From the NCBI GenBank assembly GCA_018716105.1, contig DVKH01000012.1, positions 1,225 to 65,224 of the forward strand: 64,000 nucleotides of DNA, in the 5' to 3' direction. Both the position numbers and the translations under genes were made by a program. Below, one piece after another: positions 35,394 through 44,642 of the stretch (its first letter is position 1; every line of letters begins with the position of its first letter). Source of the stretch: Candidatus Fimivivens faecavium (lineage in GTDB: Bacteria; Bacillota; Clostridia; Oscillospirales; Ruminococcaceae). Below the pieces are notes generated by a model that was not told the origin of the DNA, did not search any database, and saw only the letters and a list, made by a program, of their open reading frames with translations.

Positions 35394-35684
35394 TTGGGGC
35401 GGATCGATGTGCAGCCAATTCAGTTCTATGGTCAAAAGAATATAACCTCCCGTCGAATACAAGAGACGAGAAAGCGGTTAGGTCTCAGCCAAGATCAGCT
35501 TGCCGCGCGGCTTCAGGTCATGAACGTCAACATGGATCAGCAAATCCTGAGCAGAATCGAGCGCAACCTTCGAATTGTCACCGATTATGAAGTGGTCTGT
35601 TTCGCCCGCGCCCTCGGCGTATCTGAAAGCTGGCTGCTCGGCGGTTTCGATGAAATCGCGGCGAAAAGCCAGACAAAAGGATAA
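35394..35684 (+). CDS. XRE-family HTH transcriptional regulator
   Basis: RIQETRKRLGLSQDQLAARLQV...SRIERNLRIVTDYEVVCFARALGVS. The start is TTG 35394 or GTG 35409. Confidence 0.7.
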   Translation: MGRIDVQPIQFYGQKNITSRRIQETRKRLGLSQDQLAARLQVMNVNMDQQILSRIERNLRIVTDYEVVCFARALGVSESWLLGGFDEIAAKSQTKG

Positions 35685-35723
35685 AAATCCCGCCTGCCTC
35701 CCGGCAGGCGGGATTTTTCATTG

Positions 35724-36371
35724 TCATTGGCCCTGCAGCCGCGACCCCATGAGGATCAGCGTCCCCTCCCGGACCGAAACAACCGCCTCGTCCGCGGTGA
35801 TGCGGTTCCCCAGCCCGATCGGGAACGAGCAGTCGAGCGCCGCGTCCCGGAGCGGGTACAGCGCGCCCTCGATCCCAACGCCCCTCGCGGTCCCGCCGTA
35901 GGCGAACACCGAAAGGGTATAGGTATCGTCGCGCGGGATGCGCCTCTTGCCGTTGCGGAGGATCCCAACCCAATCGTCCGGCCCGAGCAGGACGCCGTCC
36001 GCGCCGTGGTCGAGCAGGAACGCCAGCGTCTGGATGTTCGCAAAGGTGTGGTCGAGCCGCCCGCCGAGCGCATAAAGGAGCACAAACTCCCGATAGCCGC
36101 GCGAAAGGCCCTCCCGCACCGCGATCATGCTGTCGGTGTCGTCCTTCATCACCGGAAACCGAAGCGTCTCGACGCCTTCAGGGAGCGCCTCCCCCGGGGG
36201 AAGCGAATCAAAATCACCGACAATCAGATCGGGCCGAAGGCCGATTTCGCGCGCGGCTGTCAGCCCATCGTCGCAGCAGATGACGAAATCGCCGGGCTTT
36301 CGCCGGAACGGCTTTTTGTCCCTCTCCCCGGCGCAGACAATCACGCACCGCTTTTCGTCTAAAGCTCCCAT
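35724..36371 (-). CDS. thiN: thiamine diphosphokinase
   Basis: VIVCAGE...ICCDDG...PDLIVGDFDS. Confidence 0.85.
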   Translation of the reverse strand: MGALDEKRCVIVCAGERDKKPFRRKPGDFVICCDDGLTAAREIGLRPDLIVGDFDSLPPGEALPEGVETLRFPVMKDDTDSMIAVREGLSRGYREFVLLYALGGRLDHTFANIQTLAFLLDHGADGVLLGPDDWVGILRNGKRRIPRDDTYTLSVFAYGGTARGVGIEGALYPLRDAALDCSFPIGLGNRITADEAVVSVREGTLILMGSRLQGQ

Positions 36372-37240
36372 TCCTTAATCTCCTTCGCCTCTTCATAGAG
36401 CGCCAAGTAGCTCTCCCATCGCGAGACGGCGACCTCCCCGCGCTCCACCGCCGCGAGGACGGCGCAGCCCTTCTCCTTTGTGTGGGAGCAGCCGGTGAAA
36501 CGGCACCCGCCGAGAAAGGGCGAAAACTCCGGGAAACAGTCCTCGAGTTCTTCCTTTCGGATGAGTTCGAACTGCCGGGTATCGATCGCCGAAAAGCCCG
36601 GGGTGTCGGCGACAAGGCCGCCCGCGGCTTTATAGATCTGGGTCATGCGGGTGGTGTGCCGCCCGCGCCCGAGCTTCTGGCTGATCTCACCGGTCTGCAG
36701 CGCCAGCGCGGGGTCGAGCGCGTTGAGCAGCGTCGACTTCCCGACGCCCGTGTTCCCGGAAAAGACGCTGAGCTTCCCCTTCAGCAGCGGCCGCACCGCG
36801 TCCACCATCCCTGAGAGCGAATTGACGCTCATCGCCTCATAGCCCGCGCCGCGGTAGAGTTTGAGAAGGCCCGAGACGTCGGCCAGATCGCTCTTGGTAA
36901 AGACGATCGCGGCCTGGATCTTCTTATGCTCCGCTATCGCGAGCAGCTTATCGAGCACCGGAAGGTTCGGCGCCGGATCCGCCGCGGCGGACACCAGCAC
37001 AAGCTGGTCGAGGTTCGCCACCGGCGGGCGGGCCAGCTCGTTTTTCCTCGGGAGGATTTCGGTCAGATAACCGATCCCTTCCGACCGCTCAAACCGCGCG
37101 AAGTCGCCGACCAGCGGCGTGATCTCCTTTTTGCGGAACAGTCCCCTGGCGCGGCATCCGACCAGCTCGCCGCCGCATTCGACGTAGTAGAAACCGCCGG
37201 TCGCCTTCATGATCCGGCCCTCGTTATATCCTTCGTTCAT
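36359..37240 (-). CDS. rsgA: ribosome small-subunit-dependent GTPase A
   Basis: FTKSDL, GNTGVGKSTLLNAL, C-terminal zinc-finger CRFTGCSH. Confidence 0.9.
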   Translation of the reverse strand: MNEGYNEGRIMKATGGFYYVECGGELVGCRARGLFRKKEITPLVGDFARFERSEGIGYLTEILPRKNELARPPVANLDQLVLVSAAADPAPNLPVLDKLLAIAEHKKIQAAIVFTKSDLADVSGLLKLYRGAGYEAMSVNSLSGMVDAVRPLLKGKLSVFSGNTGVGKSTLLNALDPALALQTGEISQKLGRGRHTTRMTQIYKAAGGLVADTPGFSAIDTRQFELIRKEELEDCFPEFSPFLGGCRFTGCSHTKEKGCAVLAAVERGEVAVSRWESYLALYEEAKEIKEWEL

Positions 37241-39234
37241 GGGTGATTCGCGGAGTTGTCCTCCGTCATCTTCGAGGAGCCGGTGTCGAAATTCAGTTCA
37301 AAGGTCTGGTAGAGGAAATCGTTATAGAGGACGTGGATGGTCACCGTCCCGGTCCCTTCAAAGGCCGGCCGCCAGTAAAGCGCTTCCTTCGGCTCGACCA
37401 TCTCCTCCTTGATCACGTTCCCGTTCGCGACGGCCTGCATCTTCACAAGGCCCTCCACGTCGGCCGGGAGCTTCACCGCGAGCTGGACCACCGTCTTCTG
37501 GTTGCTTCCGCCCGAGACGTTGAGGTTGACAAAGCCGCCGGTCGAAATCTGCGAGCCAAAGGCCGGATCCTGGAAGGTGACGGTGTCATAGGGCTCGTTT
37601 GAGACGACGTAGCTCACCCCGCCGAGCTGGAGTCCGCGCGCCTCGATCAGAAGCTTCGCGTCTGCAAGCGAGCGCCCAACCACGTCCGGCACTTCAACCA
37701 CCTTGTTTTCGGGCCCCATGCTGATCTGGAGCTTGACGTTGGTCCCCGCCGTGATCTGGCTGTCCCGTCCCGGCTCGGTCGAGACGACCGTTCCAGGCGC
37801 CTGGGTCGAGAAAACCTCGCTTCTCGTATAGGGGAGGTCAAGTTCTGTGAGTTTCGCAACCGCCGCGTTCTCCTCCATCCCGATGAGATTGGGCATGGTG
37901 ATCATCGCGGCGCCTTCGGAAATCATAACCTTGATCTTCGAATTCGCCTTGACCGTTTTTCCCGCCTTTGGCGACTGGTCGAAGACGATTCCCTTGTCGT
38001 AGAGATCGTTCGACTCGGTCCCCTCGACCTCAATCACAAACTCCTCATACTGCGGCGCGTCCTTGATCGAATCGTACCGAAGGCCCACGAGATCCGGCAC
38101 CGTGACGTCAGGCACCTTTTCGAACGGATTGTTGAGATAGAGCATGGTCGCGATGAAAACGCCCGAAATCACGACAAACGCGGCGGTAATCCCCGCGAGG
38201 ATCGGGATGACGCTTGCGCTCCGGCTGCGCTCTTCCTCCTCATCCGGTTCGGGACGCCTGGATGGGGTGCGCACAGGTTTTTTCTGCGGCGTTTTCTTCT
38301 GGCTTTTCATCTGATCCTCTCTCTTTCTCACCGAGCGGAACGCCTTCTGATACCGCTCTTCCTGCGCAGGCTCGGAAGTCAGGTATTTATACTCGAACTT
38401 TGCGCTCGGATTGTTCTTAAACGCTTCGAGGTCGCGGAGCATCTCCGCCGCCGATTGATACCGGCGCTCCGGATCCTTTTCCATCGCCCTGAGGGTGATC
38501 TCCTCGAGCGCCTCGGGAATTCCGGGGTTGACGCTGCTCGGGGGCGGCGCCTGGGTCTGGATCTGCTTGAGCGCCACAGAAACCGGCGAATCCGCCTCAA
38601 ACGGGAGCTGCCCGGTCAGCATTTCATAGAGCATTACGCCGACTGAATAGAGGTCGGTCCTCTGGTCGGTGTGCTCGCCCCGCGCCTGTTCGGGGCTGAT
38701 GTAGTGGACCGAACCGATCGCCCGGTCGGTGATGGTGCGTGTTTCGCTCCGGGCAAAACGGGCGATGCCAAAATCGGTGATCCGGATGCTCCCGTCGGTC
38801 AGGAGCATCACGTTCTGGGGCTTGATGTCCCGGTGGACGATGCCCTTGTCGTGCGCATGCTGAAGGGCGGCGAGAATCTGATCGGTAAAGTGCACCGCCT
38901 CTTTCCAGGTCAGCTTCCCCTGCTGCTCGATATATTCCTTGAGGGTGATGCCGTCGATGTATTCCATTACAATCGACTGCATGCGGTTCGAGAACGAAAC
39001 GTCGTATACCTTGATGATGTTCGGATGGGACAGGACCGCAATCGCCTTCGATTCGTTTTTAAACCGGCGCAGGAATTCGTCGTTCGAATAGAACTCCTCC
39101 CGCAGGATCTTGACCGCAACGGTTTTCCCGTCGACCGCGTCGACCGCCTTGTAGACGTTCGCCATCCCGCCGACGCCAATGAGCTCGGTGACCTCATACC
39201 GCCCGTCGATCTTCTTTCCGATGTAGTTATCCAT
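37237..39234 (-). CDS. prkC: Ser/Thr protein kinase with PASTA repeats
   Basis: GVGGMANVYKA, HRDIKPQN, DFGIAR, a TM segment, and three PASTA-like repeats. Confidence 0.9.
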   Translation of the reverse strand: MDNYIGKKIDGRYEVTELIGVGGMANVYKAVDAVDGKTVAVKILREEFYSNDEFLRRFKNESKAIAVLSHPNIIKVYDVSFSNRMQSIVMEYIDGITLKEYIEQQGKLTWKEAVHFTDQILAALQHAHDKGIVHRDIKPQNVMLLTDGSIRITDFGIARFARSETRTITDRAIGSVHYISPEQARGEHTDQRTDLYSVGVMLYEMLTGQLPFEADSPVSVALKQIQTQAPPPSSVNPGIPEALEEITLRAMEKDPERRYQSAAEMLRDLEAFKNNPSAKFEYKYLTSEPAQEERYQKAFRSVRKREDQMKSQKKTPQKKPVRTPSRRPEPDEEEERSRSASVIPILAGITAAFVVISGVFIATMLYLNNPFEKVPDVTVPDLVGLRYDSIKDAPQYEEFVIEVEGTESNDLYDKGIVFDQSPKAGKTVKANSKIKVMISEGAAMITMPNLIGMEENAAVAKLTELDLPYTRSEVFSTQAPGTVVSTEPGRDSQITAGTNVKLQISMGPENKVVEVPDVVGRSLADAKLLIEARGLQLGGVSYVVSNEPYDTVTFQDPAFGSQISTGGFVNLNVSGGSNQKTVVQLAVKLPADVEGLVKMQAVANGNVIKEEMVEPKEALYWRPAFEGTGTVTIHVLYNDFLYQTFELNFDTGSSKMTEDNSANHP

Positions 39235-39976
39235 GCTGTCCCTCCCTCTGGGTGAATATCGCGAGCACTGCCGTGATGTTGTCGCCGCCGCCGTTTTCGT
39301 TCGCCCGGCGGATCAGCCCCTCGGGCGAGCCGAGCCGTGCCGCGACCGCGGTCAGCGCCGCAAGTTCCTCTTCCGGGACTTCGTTGTACAGGCCGTCGGA
39401 ACAGAGCAGCAGGCAGTCCCCCGGCAAAAGCGCGCAGTCGGTAAAGTCGAATTCAAGTTCCGGCTGAACCCCGACCGCCCGGGTGATATAGTGCCTTTGG
39501 GGATGTTCGCTCGCGGCCTTCCGGGTGATGTCCCCGCGCGAGACAAGGATCTGGACAAAGGTGTGGTCGGTCGTCAGCTGGGTCAGAACGTCGTCCCGCA
39601 GCAGGTAGGCCCGGCTGTCCCCCGCATGGATGATCACGGCGCATCCGCCGAAGACCACCGCCGCGACAAGGGTGGTCCCCATTCCGGTGAGCCGGGCGTC
39701 TTCCTTCGCCGCATCGAAAACCGCCGCGTTCGCCGCCGCCGCCGCGCAGGTCATCACCGCCCGGAGCTGCCGGCCGCTCATCCCGGCGGAGACGTCACGG
39801 AGAAGCATGTCCCGGAAGGTTTCAGCCGCGATCGCGCTTGCGACGTTGCCGCCGCGCTCGCCGCCCATGCCGTCGCAGACGATCAGATAACCGCCCCAGT
39901 CCGTCTCCCCGCAGAGAAAGGTATCCTGGTTGTTGCTCCGCTTGACCCCGGCATGGGTCGCCCCTACGATGCGCAT
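39227..39976 (-). CDS. stp: PP2C-family Ser/Thr phosphatase (Stp1/PrpC)
   Basis: NQD...VCDGMGG...LLCSDGL...DNITAV. Confidence 0.9.
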   Translation of the reverse strand: MRIVGATHAGVKRSNNQDTFLCGETDWGGYLIVCDGMGGERGGNVASAIAAETFRDMLLRDVSAGMSGRQLRAVMTCAAAAANAAVFDAAKEDARLTGMGTTLVAAVVFGGCAVIIHAGDSRAYLLRDDVLTQLTTDHTFVQILVSRGDITRKAASEHPQRHYITRAVGVQPELEFDFTDCALLPGDCLLLCSDGLYNEVPEEELAALTAVAARLGSPEGLIRRANENGGGDNITAVLAIFTQREGQHG

Positions 39977-41016
39977 CCGTCTTCCTCCTCCCGGTCTTTT
40001 CTCCTGAGCTGCCCGCAGGCCGCGTCGATTTCGGTCCCCATCTCCCGCCGGATGGTCGCCGCGAGTCCGAGCCGTTCCAGCTCAGCCCGGAACGCTTCGG
40101 CCGATTTCCGGCTCCCGCGCCGGTATGGCGTTTCGGCCACGGGGTTGACGGGAATCAGGTTGACATGGCAGTTCTGCCCCCTCAAAAGCGCCGCGAGTTT
40201 CCGCGCCGTCTCAAGGCCGTCGTTCACCCCGCCGATCAGCGCGTATTCATACGACACCCGCCGGCCGGTGATCTCAAAATAGCGGCGGCAGGACTGCATC
40301 AGCCGCCCAATCTTATATTTCCGGTTGACCGGCATGATCCGGTCCCGGGTTTCGTCGTCTGCCGCATGGAGCGACACCGACAGCGTGATTTGAAGCTTCT
40401 CGTCCGCGAGCCGGTCGATCTCCTCGCAGAGGCCGCAGGTCGACAGCGAGATATGCCGGTGCGACAACCCGAGGCCCTTCGGATCCCGCACCAGGGTCAG
40501 GAACCGCAGAACCGCGCCGAAATTATCGAGCGGCTCGCCGATCCCCATCAGGACAACCGAATCGATCCGCTTCCCCGAAAGCCGCCCCGCCTCATAAACC
40601 TGATCGAGCAGCTCGGACGCCGCGAGGTCCCGCACCTTTCCGCCGATGGTCGAGGCGCAGAAGCCGCAGCCCATCCGGCAGCCGACCTGGCTCGAAATGC
40701 ACAGGGAATTCCCGTAATCGTGGGCCATCAGGACCGACTCGACCGTGTTGCCGTCCCGAAGGCGAAATAAAAACTTGGCCGTGCCGTCCTGCGCCTCCAA
40801 AATCCGCTTGGCCTCCAGCCCGTTTATGTAGCAGGATTCCTGGAGCTTCTGCCTGAGGGGCTTTGAAAGGTTGGTCATCTCGTCAAAGGACCCGGCGCGC
40901 TTTCCATGCAGCCATTCAAAGAGCTGGCCCGCGCGGAATTTCGCTTCGCCCCAGCCCGCGAGAAGCAGCTCGAGCTCTTCCCTCGTCATCGATTTGAGGT
41001 CGGTTTTGTCCGTCAT
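39964..41016 (-). CDS. rlmN: 23S rRNA/tRNA (adenine-C2)-methyltransferase RlmN
   Basis: CISSQVGCRMGCGFCAST radical SAM site, ...IPVNPV... Confidence 0.9.
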   Translation of the reverse strand: MTDKTDLKSMTREELELLLAGWGEAKFRAGQLFEWLHGKRAGSFDEMTNLSKPLRQKLQESCYINGLEAKRILEAQDGTAKFLFRLRDGNTVESVLMAHDYGNSLCISSQVGCRMGCGFCASTIGGKVRDLAASELLDQVYEAGRLSGKRIDSVVLMGIGEPLDNFGAVLRFLTLVRDPKGLGLSHRHISLSTCGLCEEIDRLADEKLQITLSVSLHAADDETRDRIMPVNRKYKIGRLMQSCRRYFEITGRRVSYEYALIGGVNDGLETARKLAALLRGQNCHVNLIPVNPVAETPYRRGSRKSAEAFRAELERLGLAATIRREMGTEIDAACGQLRRKDREEEDGCAS

Positions 41017-42296
41017 CCGCGTCTCCTCATCTTTGCGAGATAAAATCCGTCCCCGCCCTCCTCGCCCGGGAGGATGGTTCTGTCAAAGCGGTCCCCGTTC
41101 CACAAAACCGGTTCAAACCCGGTGTGCCGGGCGAGAAACCGGCCGGTGATTTCTTCATTCTCTTCAGGACGGATCGTGCAGGTCGAATAGACCAGGACGC
41201 CTCCCGCTTTACAATAGTGTGAAGATGTTTCCAGAATTTTATACTGCGTTTCCGGAAGGTCTTTCGACGCCTCGGGTCCGCGGTATTTGACCTCGGGCTT
41301 GCGGCGGAGCACGCCGAGTCCCGAACAGGGCACGTCACAGAGCACGCGGTCAAACCGGCCGAACGCTTCGTTCGGCTTTGTCCCGTCGTTCCGGGCCGTA
41401 CGGATGACCGTGATCCCAAGACGCCTGGCCCCCGATTCAATCAGCCGGAGCCGCTTTTCCGAGAGGTCGCAGGCGACGATCTCCCCGCGGTTTTCCATCT
41501 GAGCCGCCATCAAAAAGCTCTTCCCGCCCGGCGCGGCGCAGACGTCGAGCACCCGGTCCCCCGGCTGTGCCCCGCAGAGCAGCGCCGCCTGCTGGGCCGA
41601 AAGATCCTCGATCAGGAACAATCCCTCCCCATAAGCGCGGCTGTGCGCGAGACCGCCCGCCGACCGCCAGGCGCCCGGAACCCCCTCGCAGCGCTCCGCC
41701 TGGTAGCCTTCGGCGGAAAGCGCGGAGAGCAAACCTTCCTCCGTAGCCTTAAGCGGGTTGGCGCGCAGGAACACCGGCGGCCGGCCGAACGAGCGCGCGA
41801 GGAATTCCCGCGTCTTCTCTTCGCCGTACCGCGCGCAGAACCGTTCGCACCAGGCGGCCGGACAGGAAAACTCCACTTCCATTCTCTGGTACAGTGTCCC
41901 TTTGACCGGCGGAATTCTGCACCCATCCCGCAAAAAAGAGCGAAGCACGCCGTTGACCAGGCCCGACGCGGCGCCCTGCCCCATCGTCCTGGTCATCGCG
42001 ACCGCCTCGCTCACCGCCGCATGCGGCGGGATGGTATCGAGATAGAGAAGCTGATAAAACGCGAGCCGGAGGATGGCCCGGACCGTTTCGGTCAGCTTCG
42101 GCCTTGCATAGCGGCCGATGCAGTGGTCCAGCGTCAGCTTTCGCTCGAGCACGCCGTAGAACAGCGCCGCCGCAAGGGCCTGGTCCCGCGCGTCAAGGCC
42201 GGATTTGGAAAGCGCCGAATCGAAGACGAGCGTCGAATACCCGCCCGACTCCACCCGGAGAAGCGCCGCCGCCGCAACCTCCCGGACCGTTTTCAT
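41013..42296 (-). CDS. rsmB: 16S rRNA (cytosine967-C5)-methyltransferase
   Basis: NusB-like N-domain, DVCAAPGGK, DVPCSGLGV, YSTCT. Confidence 0.9.
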   Translation of the reverse strand: MKTVREVAAAALLRVESGGYSTLVFDSALSKSGLDARDQALAAALFYGVLERKLTLDHCIGRYARPKLTETVRAILRLAFYQLLYLDTIPPHAAVSEAVAMTRTMGQGAASGLVNGVLRSFLRDGCRIPPVKGTLYQRMEVEFSCPAAWCERFCARYGEEKTREFLARSFGRPPVFLRANPLKATEEGLLSALSAEGYQAERCEGVPGAWRSAGGLAHSRAYGEGLFLIEDLSAQQAALLCGAQPGDRVLDVCAAPGGKSFLMAAQMENRGEIVACDLSEKRLRLIESGARRLGITVIRTARNDGTKPNEAFGRFDRVLCDVPCSGLGVLRRKPEVKYRGPEASKDLPETQYKILETSSHYCKAGGVLVYSTCTIRPEENEEITGRFLARHTGFEPVLWNGDRFDRTILPGEEGGDGFYLAKMRRRG

Positions 42297-42369
42297 CCGT
42301 CCAGCCCCTTTCTGTCTGCAAAACCGCCTTTATTTTATACAATTAGGAAATATTCGATTCTTTTCTACT

Positions 42370-43080
42370 TTAATCGCGCCGCCGGTTCCCAAACAGCAGC
42401 ACCAGCCTGAGAAGCTGCGCCGCCGAGACGATCAGCGCCGCGACATAGGTAAGCGCCGCGGCCGAGAGCACCTTTTTTGCGCCCGCCAGCTCGTCGCCCA
42501 TCAGGATGTTGTGGCTTTCCAGCGTCCGAAGCGCGCGGGAACTCGCGTTGAACTCAACCGGGAGCGTCACCAACTGAAAGACGGTGACCAGCGAAAAAAG
42601 CAGGATGCCGAAGTCCACAAGGTTCTGGCTCCCCATGACCAACCCGATCAACAGCAGCGGAAACGAAAGCCTGGAGCCGAAATTGGTGATCGGGATAATT
42701 GCGGTGCGGATGGAGAGCGGCGCGTAATGGGTCGCATGCTGGACTGCGTGCCCCGTCTCATGCGCCGCAACGCCGATTGCCGCGATCGATTCGCTGCCGT
42801 AAACCCCCTCCGACAGCCGCACAACCTGGGCGCGCGGGTCGTAGTGGTCGGTGAGGCTGCCGGCAATCCGTTCGACCCGGACGTTGAACAGCCCGTTGTC
42901 GTCAAGGATCTGCCGCGCGACCTGTTCGCCGGTCATGCCGCTGTAGCTGCGGACCTGCTGGTATCTGGAAAAGGTCGAGGAAACCCTCCCCTGCGCCCAC
43001 ATGGCGACGAACAGCGCCGGCAGGACCAGCATGATATAATAAGGATCGATATAAAACATCAAATCACACTTCCCTAACAT
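42370..43080 (-). CDS. membrane zinc metallopeptidase (PF04298-type)
   Basis: AAHETGHAVQH HExxH and TM segments at both ends. Confidence 0.8.
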   Translation of the reverse strand: MLGKCDLMFYIDPYYIMLVLPALFVAMWAQGRVSSTFSRYQQVRSYSGMTGEQVARQILDDNGLFNVRVERIAGSLTDHYDPRAQVVRLSEGVYGSESIAAIGVAAHETGHAVQHATHYAPLSIRTAIIPITNFGSRLSFPLLLIGLVMGSQNLVDFGILLFSLVTVFQLVTLPVEFNASSRALRTLESHNILMGDELAGAKKVLSAAALTYVAALIVSAAQLLRLVLLFGNRRRD

Positions 43081-43149
43081 AAACTGTTTTTCTGATAGAA
43101 TACAGGATCGTTATGTCAGTGCTGTGAACACGCTGCAACTGGATTTTGT

Positions 43150-44061
43150 TCAAAACAGCTTTCCGGGCGTCAGCCGCTGCCCGCGGATCAGTTCCGCCCC
43201 GGTGATACGCTTTGCGCCCTCCATCTGGACCTCCAGGAGCTCAAGGCTCCCCTCGCCCGCCGCGACAATCAGCCGCTTCGGGTCGAGCAGCTCGCCCGGT
43301 TTTCCTGTAAAGTCTGTCACCTTTACACGGTGGATTTTCAGCGTCCGGCCGTCCAAAAGCCGCGCCGTGGCCGCGGGCCACGGCGTAACGCCCCGGATCT
43401 GGCAGCCGAGCTCTGGCGCGGGCCGGTTCCAGTCCACCTCTCCCTCTTCTTTCCGGAGCGGCGGGGCCTGCGTCGCCAGCGCTTCGTCCTGCTTCTGCGG
43501 AACAATCTCATCGAGCCGCCGGATGGTTTCGGAAAGGCAGTCCGCCCCAAGCAGCGCGAGCCGCTCGAACAGCTCCCCCGCCGTCTCATTTTCGCCGATC
43601 GGGGTTTCGCGCCGGAGCAGCATGTCGCCGGTGTCGAGACCTTCCGCCATGAACATCGTGGTGACGCCGGTGACCGTTTCGCCCCCCATCACCGCGCGTT
43701 GAATCGGCGCCGCGCCGCGGAATTTCGGCAGGAGCGAGCCGTGGACGTTGATGCAGCCCCGCGCCGGGAGGTCGAGCACCGCCTTCGGCAGAATCCGCCC
43801 ATAGGCGACCACCACGATCAGTTCCGGGCGCAGTTCCTCCAAAATCCCCTGCGCTTCGGGATTTTTTAGTCCTTTCGGTTGAAAAACGTCGAAAGAATAC
43901 TCATTGGCAAGCTCTTTGACCGGCGGCGGCACAAGGCGGTACCCCCGGCCCTTCGGCCGGTCCGGCTGGGTGAACACCCCCGCGATCTCGTGCCCGTCTT
44001 CGACGAGCCGCCGAAGGCTCGGCGCCGCGAAATCGGGCGTCCCCATAAAGACGATGCGCAT
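43150..44061 (-). CDS. fmt: methionyl-tRNA formyltransferase
   Basis: MRIVFMGTPDFA...NVHGSLLPKFRGAAPIQ. Confidence 0.9.
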   Translation of the reverse strand: MRIVFMGTPDFAAPSLRRLVEDGHEIAGVFTQPDRPKGRGYRLVPPPVKELANEYSFDVFQPKGLKNPEAQGILEELRPELIVVVAYGRILPKAVLDLPARGCINVHGSLLPKFRGAAPIQRAVMGGETVTGVTTMFMAEGLDTGDMLLRRETPIGENETAGELFERLALLGADCLSETIRRLDEIVPQKQDEALATQAPPLRKEEGEVDWNRPAPELGCQIRGVTPWPAATARLLDGRTLKIHRVKVTDFTGKPGELLDPKRLIVAAGEGSLELLEVQMEGAKRITGAELIRGQRLTPGKLF

Positions 44062-44065
44062 CGCC

Positions 44066-44545
44066 TCACTCCTCCTCGCCGTCGTCCTCGTCGGGGTCGA
44101 TCATCCGGATGGCAAGATCCTTGAACAGCCTCCCTGACAGATGGTCGATCTCGTGGCAGCAGGCGCGGGCCAGAAGGTTTTCCGCTTCGAGCTCCTTCGC
44201 CTCGCCGTTGCGGTCGGCATATTTGACTACGACCTTTCTCGGCCGCGGCACAATGCCGTATTCGCCCGGGGAAGAGAGACATCCCTCAGACTCCTCGATC
44301 TGTTCCGCGCTCTCATAGACGATCTCTGGGTTGACCAGTTCGATCACGCCCTCGCCGATGTCGATTACGCAGACCCGGCGGAGAATCCCTACCTGCGGCG
44401 CGGCCAGGCCGACGCCGTTTGCATGGTGCATCGTCTCCGCGAGGTCGCCGAGGAGCTGATGCAGCCTCTCGTCGAATTTATCAACCGGGCGGCTCTTTTT
44501 CCGTAGCGCCGGATCGGTTTCCAATAATATTTTACGGATCGCCAT
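44066..44545 (-). CDS. def: peptide deformylase
   Basis: GVGLAAPQVG, EGCLS, HEIDHL. Confidence 0.9.
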   Translation of the reverse strand: MAIRKILLETDPALRKKSRPVDKFDERLHQLLGDLAETMHHANGVGLAAPQVGILRRVCVIDIGEGVIELVNPEIVYESAEQIEESEGCLSSPGEYGIVPRPRKVVVKYADRNGEAKELEAENLLARACCHEIDHLSGRLFKDLAIRMIDPDEDDGEEE

Positions 44546-44642
44546 TTTCGTATTCCTCCCTCTGCGCGCCGCGGCTTTTCGAAACATCCGCCTGCTTTAG
44601 TCTGCCCGGTCCTGTCGCAGACAACCAGCCGGCGCGCGTTTT